Positions 17,501 to 25,830 are shown, numbered from the stretch's first letter. The stretch is 32,000 nt of DNA from an archaeon (GCA_035390665.1 DAOOUC010000002.1:60001-92000), one strand, 5' to 3'. Numbers and translations are program-made. The notes: generated from the letters alone by a model not told the origin.

Positions 17501-19947
17501 ATTTTTTTAATTCTATGGTTACCACTTTCTGCAACATATAAATCATTCCCATCTAATGTCATAAGATAAGGAGTATTAAATGCTTCTGTTGTTGTTGTTG
17601 CATAATTCCAGCCATAGTTTGCTACAAAAGAAAGATCTGATTTATTTAATACTTTTATTCTGTGACAACTTGCATCTGTAACATACACATAATTTTCATC
17701 AACAGCAATTCCGGTAGGATAATTAGTTTGTGTAGCACCACATCCATAATTAGTATAATTACTATCTGTGGTTTTTGCAACAAAAGCAAAAGTATTTTTA
17801 TCGTGTTTCTTCACTCTGTGGTTTCTGCCGTCGGTAATATAAATATAATTTTCATCAACAGCAACCCCCCTAGGTAAATAAAATCCTTCATCTGTTGTAG
17901 TACTTGAAGTACCAAAAGCAGTTGAGTAACTTAAATCTGATTTATTTAATCTTAATATTCTTGAATTTCCATAATCCACAACCCAAAGATAATCTCCATC
18001 AACAGTAAGATCATAAGGACTATTAACTCCTGTAGTTCCACTTCCTGCTGCAAGAGATTTTAATCCAAACATAGCAACAGTTTCAAGATTATCTGCTCTT
18101 TTCTTAATAATTCTAGAATTACCGTAATCAGAGATATAAATATATCCATCCTCGTAAGTTATTCCGTATGGAGTTAAAAGATTATCAGGATCAGCAATTC
18201 TTAGATTATATTGATTTTCTGGAAATCTTGAAACAAAATTAAGATTTTCATCTGATTTAATAATTCTGTGATTTGAAGAATCTGCAGTATAAACAAAACC
18301 ATCAGAATCAGCGGCTATAGAAATAGGATAAATAAATCTATTAAAATCGTTTCCAGAAGTGCTTCCACTTGAAGGTCTTATAGATAAAAGTGTCCATGTG
18401 CCTTTTTCATATTTTTTTATTCTGTGGTTTCCATATTCTGCAACATAAAGATAATTATTATCAACATATATTCCAACAGGTGTATTAAAATTAGTTGCAA
18501 CATTATTTGCGGTGCCTGTTGTTCCAAGATGAGTAACATATGTTAGATCATATTTATTTCTTATCATTACACGATGGTTTCCGCCATCTGCAATATATAA
18601 ATAATTATCATCAACATCTATTTCTCTTGGAGTACTTAATTGATCTTGTCCGGCACCAGCAGTATATCCGCCATAATGATTGACATAACTAAAATCATCC
18701 AGTTTTCTTACCATAATTCTATGATTTCCAGAATCAGATATATATAAATTATTGCCGTCTGTTGCAACGCCACGAGGATAACTTAAACCATTTATACTTG
18801 TCGTACTTCTTGCAACACTTAGTTTTCTAACAAATGACAAGTCATCTTTTCTAAATATTTTAATTTGTGCAAGACTGGAAGACCCATAATCAACAACATA
18901 TAAATAATCTCCATAAATTGCAATTTGAAAAGGATTAATAAATTCATAATCTCCTGATGAATTCATAGGAAATCCAATATGCTTAACATAGGAGTAATCT
19001 GATTTATTTAGTTTAATTAATCTAAAAAAAGAATCAATGTAATAGATATAATTATCATCTACATTTATGCTTAAAATTAAATAAGGGATTTCTATTCCTT
19101 GAGCATAAGTGTTTATTATTCTGTTACTATCTATATAGATATCCAGTCCACCAATTCTGGCGGTTTTACTAAAAAGATATCCAGAATAATTATTATCAAT
19201 TAATGTTTCAATTGTAAAGTCATTATTTCCAAGCATTAAATCTTTATCAATTTCTATTTTTGAAGATACCCCGTTAAAATTTGCACCATTACTATCAAAA
19301 GTGATATCTTCTACAATTTGTCTAAATGATTCTGATCCTTGATTAAAGTTATTTCCTTTAGTAAAATCAAAATTTAAAATAAGATTTGAATCATAATTTT
19401 CAACAACAAATAAATTTTCATCAGATTCATTTTCAAAATAATAATTTGGATCTAAGTTAGGGGACATTTTTTCAATATTAATAATAGGTATATTAGTATT
19501 TTCTGAAATAATTAATTTTAATTTTTGATTATTATTTACTATAAGACTCTCATTAAGATCTATAATCCCATTTAAATTTAATTTATATTCAATATCTGTA
19601 TTTTTTTTAGTAATTGTAATATTTTCAAAAATTTGTTCTTTAAATTCTTTAGATTCATTTTTAAGTGGTTGAATTATTGTTATTGTATTTGTAATTGCGT
19701 CAAAATTAATTTCATGATCTGTTTTTATATTTAGGTAAATAAAAGAATTATTAGTTAATCCTTTTAATTCTAAAAATTGTTGATTTATATAAAATAAATT
19801 TTCCTTGTTTTTTCTATAATTTAAAGAATCTGTAAGGTTATTAAAAAAAGGAGAAACTAATGCTAATATACTAATCATAACAACTACAGATAATACTAAA
19901 ATCAGTATGCCGGTAACGAGAGAGGTTGCCCCTTTTTTAGTTTTCAT
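14524..19947 (-). CDS. Giant (1807 aa) pilin-like surface protein: class III signal peptide, a LamG-like domain interrupted by about 24 NHL repeats, and a C-terminal LamG domain
   Basis: The N-terminus is MKTKKG|ATSLVTGILILVLSVVVMISILALV. There are 24 repeats of about 48-50 aa with the NHL signature (e.g. LYISDSGNHRIMVRKLDDFSYV, VYVADTSNNRIKIHNKSDLSYV). The C-terminal LamG reads FSLSAWVKL…WTHIAMTY…VFVNG…GSVDEVGIWTRTLTPEEISTLYNNG. Confidence 0.88.
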   Translation of the reverse strand: MKTKKGATSLVTGILILVLSVVVMISILALVSPFFNNLTDSLNYRKNKENLFYINQQFLELKGLTNNSFIYLNIKTDHEINFDAITNTITIIQPLKNESKEFKEQIFENITITKKNTDIEYKLNLNGIIDLNESLIVNNNQKLKLIISENTNIPIINIEKMSPNLDPNYYFENESDENLFVVENYDSNLILNFDFTKGNNFNQGSESFRQIVEDITFDSNGANFNGVSSKIEIDKDLMLGNNDFTIETLIDNNYSGYLFSKTARIGGLDIYIDSNRIINTYAQGIEIPYLILSINVDDNYIYYIDSFFRLIKLNKSDYSYVKHIGFPMNSSGDYEFINPFQIAIYGDYLYVVDYGSSSLAQIKIFRKDDLSFVRKLSVARSTTSINGLSYPRGVATDGNNLYISDSGNHRIMVRKLDDFSYVNHYGGYTAGAGQDQLSTPREIDVDDNYLYIADGGNHRVMIRNKYDLTYVTHLGTTGTANNVATNFNTPVGIYVDNNYLYVAEYGNHRIKKYEKGTWTLLSIRPSSGSTSGNDFNRFIYPISIAADSDGFVYTADSSNHRIIKSDENLNFVSRFPENQYNLRIADPDNLLTPYGITYEDGYIYISDYGNSRIIKKRADNLETVAMFGLKSLAAGSGTTGVNSPYDLTVDGDYLWVVDYGNSRILRLNKSDLSYSTAFGTSSTTTDEGFYLPRGVAVDENYIYITDGRNHRVKKHDKNTFAFVAKTTDSNYTNYGCGATQTNYPTGIAVDENYVYVTDASCHRIKVLNKSDLSFVANYGWNYATTTTEAFNTPYLMTLDGNDLYVAESGNHRIKKINKNNFFLSDMATFGTLGYMPSELYGPWGVAVSPDKIYVTDTANRRIVVYDRNLIDQNVLISGALYDNNNFGAMNNNQYNQPNAVSCDTNYLYITDTANNRLVKLNKTTGTAEVVNGRQYLSASPTYPNDFSTPSGIAVDENYIYQTDYSAHILTKRNISDLSKITAIGGSGTGNTNFTYPRGVAVDGTYVYVADTSNNRIKIHNKSDLSYVNQFGTVGSGTANFNGPQDVAVDNNYIYVADYTNNRIKIHNKNSPYAYVTMFGTSGTGDANYFRNPDGITVDDNYIYVSDYTNHRIVKYNKFTYQYIGKLGGTTYNNDNNSFYSPGRLSICNGEIYVPDTGNYRIQVLDTNLNYLRTYGERSFGENQYLNPRGVFVDDNSIYVVDTANHSVVKRNKTDFSFLARFGGPLLGATTDKFYNPYSVASDGTNVYVTDASYHRIKKLLASDLSFVSGIGGTSAGTGNNQFYGPYGINLFGNELFIADYSSGSIKIHNKSDLSFIARDYGMHGNSYYGPYGVAVDENYFYVSETLSFSIKKIRKSDYIVVAKITGYDQNYFDGRYFTQSYNQYVYGAPYELALDENYLYAADYANNRIMVFDKRDLSYIGKIGNYGQGYLNFYNPASVSVDNDYIYVGDTLNNRVVRRNKSDMLTENNGYASGYSYLPFSFASVVPISQDKPTHLVIQRKGKNLCYYINGKKENCIDISVNLNCFNFDTKTWLMSIASKDDITNTKGSMKYFRLYNRSFDDQDINKMFNTVNLDYNISNNDRNLTTGLLSYYNLDETSGSVLDSTGFRNGTIAGNTLQNQTGKIGTAYTFDGAGDYVNLGNNTITGNTDFSLSAWVKLNTNTTQGAVAIGKSTADLGAHIGFIGGAGAYDYANSNTANNSYSGGFYAYDLATGVNTIAEWTHIAMTYNSTTSAIRVFVNGIEKISVNRTSLNLDSTATRIARMQDSSSYDLNGSVDEVGIWTRTLTPEEISTLYNNGNGLTYPFTN
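15553..19080 (-). repeat. Coding tandem array of about 24 NHL (beta-propeller blade) repeats, period about 145-150 nt
   Basis: I counted 24 occurrences of the blade signature [GSTA]-N-[HNSR]-R-[IV]-x-[KV]… followed by D-L-S-[YF]-V between residues ~290 and 1465. Neighbouring blades 15 and 16 (about 16740-16940) are still visibly similar at the DNA level. Confidence 0.8.
19852..19947 (-). other. Class III (type IV pilin-like) signal peptide of the 1807-aa protein
   Basis: A short basic N-terminus is followed by KG|A and then a ~25-residue hydrophobic helix. Confidence 0.65.
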
Positions 19948-19996
19948 AATATTATCATATATTATATACTAAAATATATTTATATTTCTTTTTAAT

Positions 19997-22900
19997 TTAA
20001 GAAAAAGTATAAAAAAGATTAGGAGAATATTGATTTATATATTCTGCATTTTTCCAAGCATCTGATCTTATTGTTTTTTCAACTCTTATTTCATCTACAT
20101 ATCCATCCCAATAATAAGAGGAAGTTCCACAAATGTATGGGAAATCAGTAGTATTTGTCCACACAAAACCATTAGTATCATAAACAATTTCATTATTAAC
20201 AAAAAATTTGCTATTTGTTGGAGAATTTTTGTTAATTGTTAAAACTAATTTTGTCCAATTTGTTGTTGCAGGAGAAGAAGAGGCTGCCTGAACAGTGTCT
20301 CCGATTCCTCTTGACCAAGTAGAGTTAGTTGTTCCAAGATAAATTCTTGCAGCCGCAGGAGTAAAAGAAGAAAAAGGTAGTGCTAATTTTGAAATTATAT
20401 TTGTTTTTGCCCAAAGGCTTACTGTTAATAAATTATTATCGTTTATTTCTGATAAAGATATTGGTGCAATAATATAATCATTAAATCCATCACAAAGTAC
20501 AGAATCACCAAAAAAACCTTCTGTTTTAAATTTAGATTTTGGAGTATTATCAAATAGATAAGGCGTTGCTATTACTTTACCTGTTGAATCTTTCAAACTT
20601 GATTGATTATTTTGAATAATTTCATCATCAAAATGTTCAACATAAAGATAATTTTCGTCCCAAACATCTGTGGAATTGTCTTCAGAAACATCGCTACCAA
20701 AATACATATAGATATTCGTATCTTGTGTTGATGAAAGATTAGGGATCTTTACCCATGCAATCACTCTAGTATTTGTGGTATTTGTTGTGCTATTTGGAGT
20801 AGGTGTCGTAGTATATTCTATCTTTAAACTTTCGGATTTAGAAGTAATTGGAATTGTAGTGGTTGGTATTTTTACTTGATAATTGTTTAAATCATCACTT
20901 GTTGTATTTTCAATTGTAATTGTATAGTTGTCTCCATTATCAATCACATTTACTGTTGGCTCAACAGGAACATATTTTCTTACATAGATATAATCAAATT
21001 CTGTATCTCCTATATCTGTTGCAGCACCACTAAATTGTCCAAGATGAATATAGTTTATATTTCTTGTAAATGTAGTAGTAGAAGGATAACTATAAATTGT
21101 GGAATTGTCCATATTTAAATCAAAGGTATTAGTTTTTGTAATAATATCAAATAAGTAATATTGATCTAAAGTTATTACACTTGCAAAAGAAGTATTTGTG
21201 ACATTGTGACTTCCTGCGGTTCCATTTCCTGCAAAAACATGTAAATTTAGATTGTTTACTCCTTTCATTGTTTCAATTTGCGCTTCTGAGGTTGTATTAC
21301 CGCTTGCAGTAAAAGTTGCTGAAGAAATACCTGGCATTGTTCCACCGTAATTAGCTGTTTGATTTATATTTTTAGAGCGAGATCTAATAATATAATTGTC
21401 TTGTAAATTGATGGATAATGGATTAGTTAAAGTTACAGCACCTACATTAATTCTTAGAGTTTCTCCAGAAGAAACATAAGTTGGTGTAGTTCCATTTGTC
21501 CATTTTCCTAAATCTAATTGTGCAGAAGTAAAATCATCAAAAAAATCAAACACACGGTCCCCATTAGGAATATATCCACTTTCTTTTGTTATTTTTAAAG
21601 TTCTAGTGGTATTAGCTGGAATTGTTTGTTTAATAAAAATAAATTTATTTGTTCCATCGTCTTCAATGTAGTAAGGAATTGTTCTTTCTTCTATAAACCC
21701 AATTGCAGTTAATGGTAGTTCTTCTACTTTTAGACTTTCTGTTTTGGTTGTAATTCCAATAATATTATTAGGTATAGACACCTGGTAATCTGTAAGATTA
21801 TCAGAAGAGCCATTAGTTATAACAATTTCATAAAAATTATCATTATCATAAACATCAACCCAAGGCACTTTATATGCATATTTTCTTACAAAAACATAAT
21901 CCACATACATCTCAGCAGCAGCTGGTTGTGTTCTTAGATTAAAATATCCTGTTTCATTAAAACAACGTTGGGTGTTTGTGGTTAAAAATCCACTATCATT
22001 AACTAGCGCTCCATTATCATCATAAACAACTTGTCTTACCTTATAAGTATTTTCATCAGTAATTGTTGCATCAAAATTTAAATATCTTCCATTTGCTGAA
22101 GATATTGTGCTTGCATATATTGCCGCCGCGCCACAATAATTACTTGCAAAGATTTCATAATTTGTAGTGTTTATATTTGTTCCAAAACCAATCCCTTTAT
22201 TATAAGTATATCCACAGGTTGCGCAATCAGCCATTACATGCATTGCACAATCTAGACTGGATGTGTTTGTTACAGGATACATTCTCATCTTAAATATTTT
22301 ATTATAAGAATTTAATTTATTTTTTGAAACAATATAAGCCGTTGTTCCATTTAAATAAATGTTTTGATCATTTTCTGCAGGTAAAGGAAATCCATTAATA
22401 TATCCCCACTTATTTGGGTCAATAGACCAATCATCAAAATCATCAAAGAATTCAAAAACATAATCTCCATTTGGAGAATATCCCGGAGTCTTTGTAATTT
22501 TTATTTTTCTTGTAGTGTTAGCAGGAATACTTGTTTTTATCCAGATTTTTTTATCTACATTAAGATCTTCAATATAATAATCTATTATTTTTGAATTAGA
22601 GGTTAAAGCTAAACTAGATGGTTTAATTACTTTTTCAATTTCTCTGTCTAATTTATTTCCAAAAGAGTCAATAAAGATTATATCTTTTCCATCATCTTTT
22701 GCTATTAGAAGTTTTAAATCACTTATATCTATTAACATTGGAAAGTTAGTTAAATCTTCAGTAATATAATCTTTGTTTATTGTTATTTTTAATCTATTTG
22801 ACCAATTTGAAGAATACCACGAATTAACTTCATCAATATCGGTGTTTTTATAAATATCAATTGATATCTCATCTAAATCTTCATCATATGCTTGATATTT

Positions 22901-23338
22901 TAAAGCTATTTGATTTTTTCCTAAATTAAACATTATATCTTTACAATTCAATTGTATTCTTTCAAGATTATCTAAATCTTTTTCAAAATAGATTTGATTA
23001 TTTTTCTTATAGGTTACAATATCATTAATTACTGTTTCATCTGTTCTATATTCTCCAGAATAATTAATTTTTCCAATAATCTGGTTATTTGTACAATCTA
23101 TTTCTATTTCTCCGGGATTATAAAAATTAAACTCAGTAGTTTGTTTATTTGAAATTGTGTCATTAAGTGCAAGATTAAATTTATCAAAATAATCAATCAT
23201 AGTTTCATAATTTGCTTTTTCTTTGCTTTTTGAGATAAGATCTATAGCAGAAGTTGTAACCATTGCTATGATTACAAAAGAGATTAATAGATAAGCCATT
23301 GTTGTAATAAGATTTGCTGCACCTTTTTGATTATTCAT
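19997..23338 (-). CDS. Pilin-like surface protein (1113 aa) with DUF2341-like modules, a duplicated ~290-aa ConA-like module and a C-terminal LamG domain
   Basis: The N-terminus is MNNQKG|AANLITTMAYLLISFVIIAMV. The DUF2341-like segment is NWSNRLKITINKDYITEDLTNFPMLIDISD…DGKDIIFIDSFGNKLDREIE. The duplicated segments are YYIED…IPANTTR.(I/L)KITK..GY.PNGD.VF.FFDDF … Y(V/I)(F/Y)VRKY. The C-terminus reads VIAWVKIPNLSSTQDTNIYMYFG…VWDENYLYVEH … DGYVDEIRVEKTIRSDAWKNAEYINQ. Confidence 0.86.
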   Translation of the reverse strand: MNNQKGAANLITTMAYLLISFVIIAMVTTSAIDLISKSKEKANYETMIDYFDKFNLALNDTISNKQTTEFNFYNPGEIEIDCTNNQIIGKINYSGEYRTDETVINDIVTYKKNNQIYFEKDLDNLERIQLNCKDIMFNLGKNQIALKYQAYDEDLDEISIDIYKNTDIDEVNSWYSSNWSNRLKITINKDYITEDLTNFPMLIDISDLKLLIAKDDGKDIIFIDSFGNKLDREIEKVIKPSSLALTSNSKIIDYYIEDLNVDKKIWIKTSIPANTTRKIKITKTPGYSPNGDYVFEFFDDFDDWSIDPNKWGYINGFPLPAENDQNIYLNGTTAYIVSKNKLNSYNKIFKMRMYPVTNTSSLDCAMHVMADCATCGYTYNKGIGFGTNINTTNYEIFASNYCGAAAIYASTISSANGRYLNFDATITDENTYKVRQVVYDDNGALVNDSGFLTTNTQRCFNETGYFNLRTQPAAAEMYVDYVFVRKYAYKVPWVDVYDNDNFYEIVITNGSSDNLTDYQVSIPNNIIGITTKTESLKVEELPLTAIGFIEERTIPYYIEDDGTNKFIFIKQTIPANTTRTLKITKESGYIPNGDRVFDFFDDFTSAQLDLGKWTNGTTPTYVSSGETLRINVGAVTLTNPLSINLQDNYIIRSRSKNINQTANYGGTMPGISSATFTASGNTTSEAQIETMKGVNNLNLHVFAGNGTAGSHNVTNTSFASVITLDQYYLFDIITKTNTFDLNMDNSTIYSYPSTTTFTRNINYIHLGQFSGAATDIGDTEFDYIYVRKYVPVEPTVNVIDNGDNYTITIENTTSDDLNNYQVKIPTTTIPITSKSESLKIEYTTTPTPNSTTNTTNTRVIAWVKIPNLSSTQDTNIYMYFGSDVSEDNSTDVWDENYLYVEHFDDEIIQNNQSSLKDSTGKVIATPYLFDNTPKSKFKTEGFFGDSVLCDGFNDYIIAPISLSEINDNNLLTVSLWAKTNIISKLALPFSSFTPAAARIYLGTTNSTWSRGIGDTVQAASSSPATTNWTKLVLTINKNSPTNSKFFVNNEIVYDTNGFVWTNTTDFPYICGTSSYYWDGYVDEIRVEKTIRSDAWKNAEYINQYSPNLFYTFS
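23249..23338 (-). other. Class III (type IV pilin-like) signal peptide of the 1113-aa protein
   Basis: MNNQKG|AANL is followed by a hydrophobic helix. Confidence 0.6.
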
Positions 23339-25830
23339 GATTTTTCTAAGACTCCGACTTTAATAAATGCTTCAGGAATAGATTGATTATTAAATTCTGT
23401 TTTAATCCAGGAGTCAGATCTTGCAACATCTGATACTTTAAATTCATCAATAATTCCTGAGAATGCAAATGAATCTGCATAACCTAGTCTTAATGGGCTG
23501 GTATTTAATTTTATATTTACGTCTCTGTTTTTTTCTTCTTTTTGTCCATTAACAAAAATATATTCTTTATTTTCATCTATATTGTATCTATAGACAATAT
23601 GTGCAAATTCATTTGTTGGAACACGATTAGAGGAAAATAGGTTGCTTGTTGGTTGATTTTGTATTAAAATTGAACCAGGTCCATTTAACACAAATCGGCC
23701 AAAATTATTATATCTTTCATCTCCAAAAATCAAAGCATAACCTCCATTTGTTTCTCCAGTAAAATTTACCCAAACAGAAATTGTTTGATAATTCCAATCA
23801 TTGTTATATATTGTTCCAAATTCAACATAGTTACTACTTGCTAATGAAGGATAACCTCCGTCTAAAATAATTTTATGTTTGTTTGCTCCTCCAATTTGTC
23901 CATCTGTACTTGTTGTTGAATTAATATTATCAAATCCTTTTGCTATCCCTGTAAAATTATTTTTAGTAGAATCTATAAATCCATTTTCATCATTATTTGG
24001 ACTTTCATTTAGATGTTGTACCATAATAAACCCATCATCCCACACATCTTTGTCATTACTTTCATTTGCAGTTTCATTTCCAAAGTACATATAGATTGCA
24101 GTATCTTCTTCTGTAGTTAACTCAGGAATCTTAACCCAAGCAAATACTTCTGAGTGAGGAGTTAAAATTGTTTCTAATTCTCCAATAGAGTAAAAGTTTT
24201 CAGGAGCTGATTGATTATTGTATTCTGTTTTTATCCAAGATTCTGATCTCGTAATATTTGAGATACGTACTTCGTCTATTGGGCCATTATAATAATATCC
24301 ATCATTTCTTTTTCCAAAGAAAGTTATTCCTATGTTTGTGCCATTAGTTCCAGCAGTAGCTACCCCCAATAAATTTCCATCTATATAGAAATTATAGTCA
24401 TTAGAATTTACTTTTGTTATAGTTAGATATTTCCAGGCATTTTCCTTTGTCCAATTAAGTGTAACATAACCAGCGCTTCCATTATAAACTAAAAAATTAG
24501 TTCCATTATATCTTATACCAGTACCAGACCCCCCTAAAAAATATTGAATGTCAGTAACTGAATTTAAATTTGTCCACAAAGATGCGGTTTGAATAGAGGA
24601 TGTTAGAATTGTTATGTAATCATCTCCAAGATAAGCTTGTGCTTTCCCTATTTTTCCAGTAGTTTCAATAGGATTATTTGCAGATACTTTTGTTCCGATG
24701 TTATTATTCAAAGTACTATCTGCAATTGTTGTACTGTTATAATCGTTACTATGCCACACCCCAACATAATTACTATCCCAAACATTTGTGTCATTTGTGT
24801 TATTTTCCTCTGAGTTTCCAAAATACATGTAGATGTCTGTATTTTCTATTGAAGAAAGACTTGGAATCTTTACCCAAGCAACAAGCGAACCTGTTGTTGA
24901 ATTATAATCTTCTATTTCTCTTTTTAATCTTGTTCCATCACTACTAGTAAAATAAATATCTCTTCCATCACTTTGAGCATAGGTTTTAAGATCAGAATCT
25001 AGTAAAGAAACAAGCATTGGAAAATCTGTTAAGTCTCCATCTACTTTATCTTTGTCAATAGTTATTTTCTTTCTATATTCATAATTTTCTCTTAGAGAAT
25101 AACTTTCAATTTCTCTTTTTAATTTAGTTTTTCCGTCCTTAGAGGTAAAGATAATATCATTTCCATCAGAATTAGCATAATTCTTAAGATCTTGGTCTTC
25201 AAGATATATTAAAGCAGGAAAGTTTGTAAGATTGCCGTCTACTTTGTTTCCATCAATTAATATTTTCTTTCTATATTGCCAAGTGCTTGGAGTTTCATCA
25301 TACAACCCTAAGTTAGAAGCAGTAAACCAGTCATCTTCGATTACATTTTCTAAAAGTATAGTTATTTTATCTTTGTCTGTCTTTCTTAAATAGATTGTTG
25401 CATTAAGTTGATTTTCAAGAATATAAGATCTTACTAAATCAATATTACTTAAAGTAAAACCAGCATATAGTTTTTGTCCATTTCTATAGGTGTATTTCTC
25501 TGAGGTGTCGTCTAGTCTTAAATTATCTTTATAAAAGTCTCCATTAATTATACTATATACTTCAATTGTATTTGTATTTGAATCAATAATTAGAGTTAAG
25601 TTTTCTAAACTTAGTTCAATTTCTTTAGTATAACCAATAGGGCTATTATAAACTTCTTGAATATTATTGTAAAGATTATCTCTTAATCTTTTTGATTCTT
25701 CAAATTTCAGCTGAGATTTACTTGTTGTTATTTGCGGAATTAAAGCAGTTAATATTATTCCAATCACAACTACAGTTATTAGCATTAATAATATCTGACT
25801 AATTATTTCTGAAGTTCCTTTATTATTCAT
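23335..25830 (-). CDS. Pilin-like surface protein (831 aa) with tandem DUF2341-like modules and two LamG domains
   Basis: The N-terminus is MNNKG|TSEIISQILLMLITVVVIGIILTAL. Two tandem copies read (W/Y)(Q/E)YRKKI.ID..KVDG.LT.FP…SDG.DI.FTS.DG…LKREIE. Two LamG ends read IDEVRISNITRSESWIKTEYNNQ and IIDEFKVSDVARSDSWIKTEFNNQ. The stop overlaps the next gene's start in an ATGA at 23335-23338. Confidence 0.86.
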   Translation of the reverse strand: MNNKGTSEIISQILLMLITVVVIGIILTALIPQITTSKSQLKFEESKRLRDNLYNNIQEVYNSPIGYTKEIELSLENLTLIIDSNTNTIEVYSIINGDFYKDNLRLDDTSEKYTYRNGQKLYAGFTLSNIDLVRSYILENQLNATIYLRKTDKDKITILLENVIEDDWFTASNLGLYDETPSTWQYRKKILIDGNKVDGNLTNFPALIYLEDQDLKNYANSDGNDIIFTSKDGKTKLKREIESYSLRENYEYRKKITIDKDKVDGDLTDFPMLVSLLDSDLKTYAQSDGRDIYFTSSDGTRLKREIEDYNSTTGSLVAWVKIPSLSSIENTDIYMYFGNSEENNTNDTNVWDSNYVGVWHSNDYNSTTIADSTLNNNIGTKVSANNPIETTGKIGKAQAYLGDDYITILTSSIQTASLWTNLNSVTDIQYFLGGSGTGIRYNGTNFLVYNGSAGYVTLNWTKENAWKYLTITKVNSNDYNFYIDGNLLGVATAGTNGTNIGITFFGKRNDGYYYNGPIDEVRISNITRSESWIKTEYNNQSAPENFYSIGELETILTPHSEVFAWVKIPELTTEEDTAIYMYFGNETANESNDKDVWDDGFIMVQHLNESPNNDENGFIDSTKNNFTGIAKGFDNINSTTSTDGQIGGANKHKIILDGGYPSLASSNYVEFGTIYNNDWNYQTISVWVNFTGETNGGYALIFGDERYNNFGRFVLNGPGSILIQNQPTSNLFSSNRVPTNEFAHIVYRYNIDENKEYIFVNGQKEEKNRDVNIKLNTSPLRLGYADSFAFSGIIDEFKVSDVARSDSWIKTEFNNQSIPEAFIKVGVLEKS
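25738..25830 (-). other. Class III (type IV pilin-like) signal peptide of the 831-aa protein
   Basis: MNNKG|TSEI is followed by a hydrophobic helix, with Glu at +3 after the predicted cleavage site. Confidence 0.6.

Noticed and set aside
14769-17877. Several 60-90 aa ORFs on both strands lie inside the 1807-aa gene: 14769-14951, 14779-14973, 15799-16008, 15888-16139, 16515-16715, 16585-16845 and 17662-17877.
   Set aside because: They are Ile/Leu/Cys-rich nonsense translations in alternative frames of a long, motif-rich, uninterrupted reading frame, with no independent start context.
15553-19080. The periodic DNA repeats could have been a CRISPR array or satellite.
   Set aside because: The period is about 145-150 nt, and the units are diverged and translate in one continuous frame into NHL blades. 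There is no short conserved direct repeat alternating with unique spacers, and no cas genes are present.
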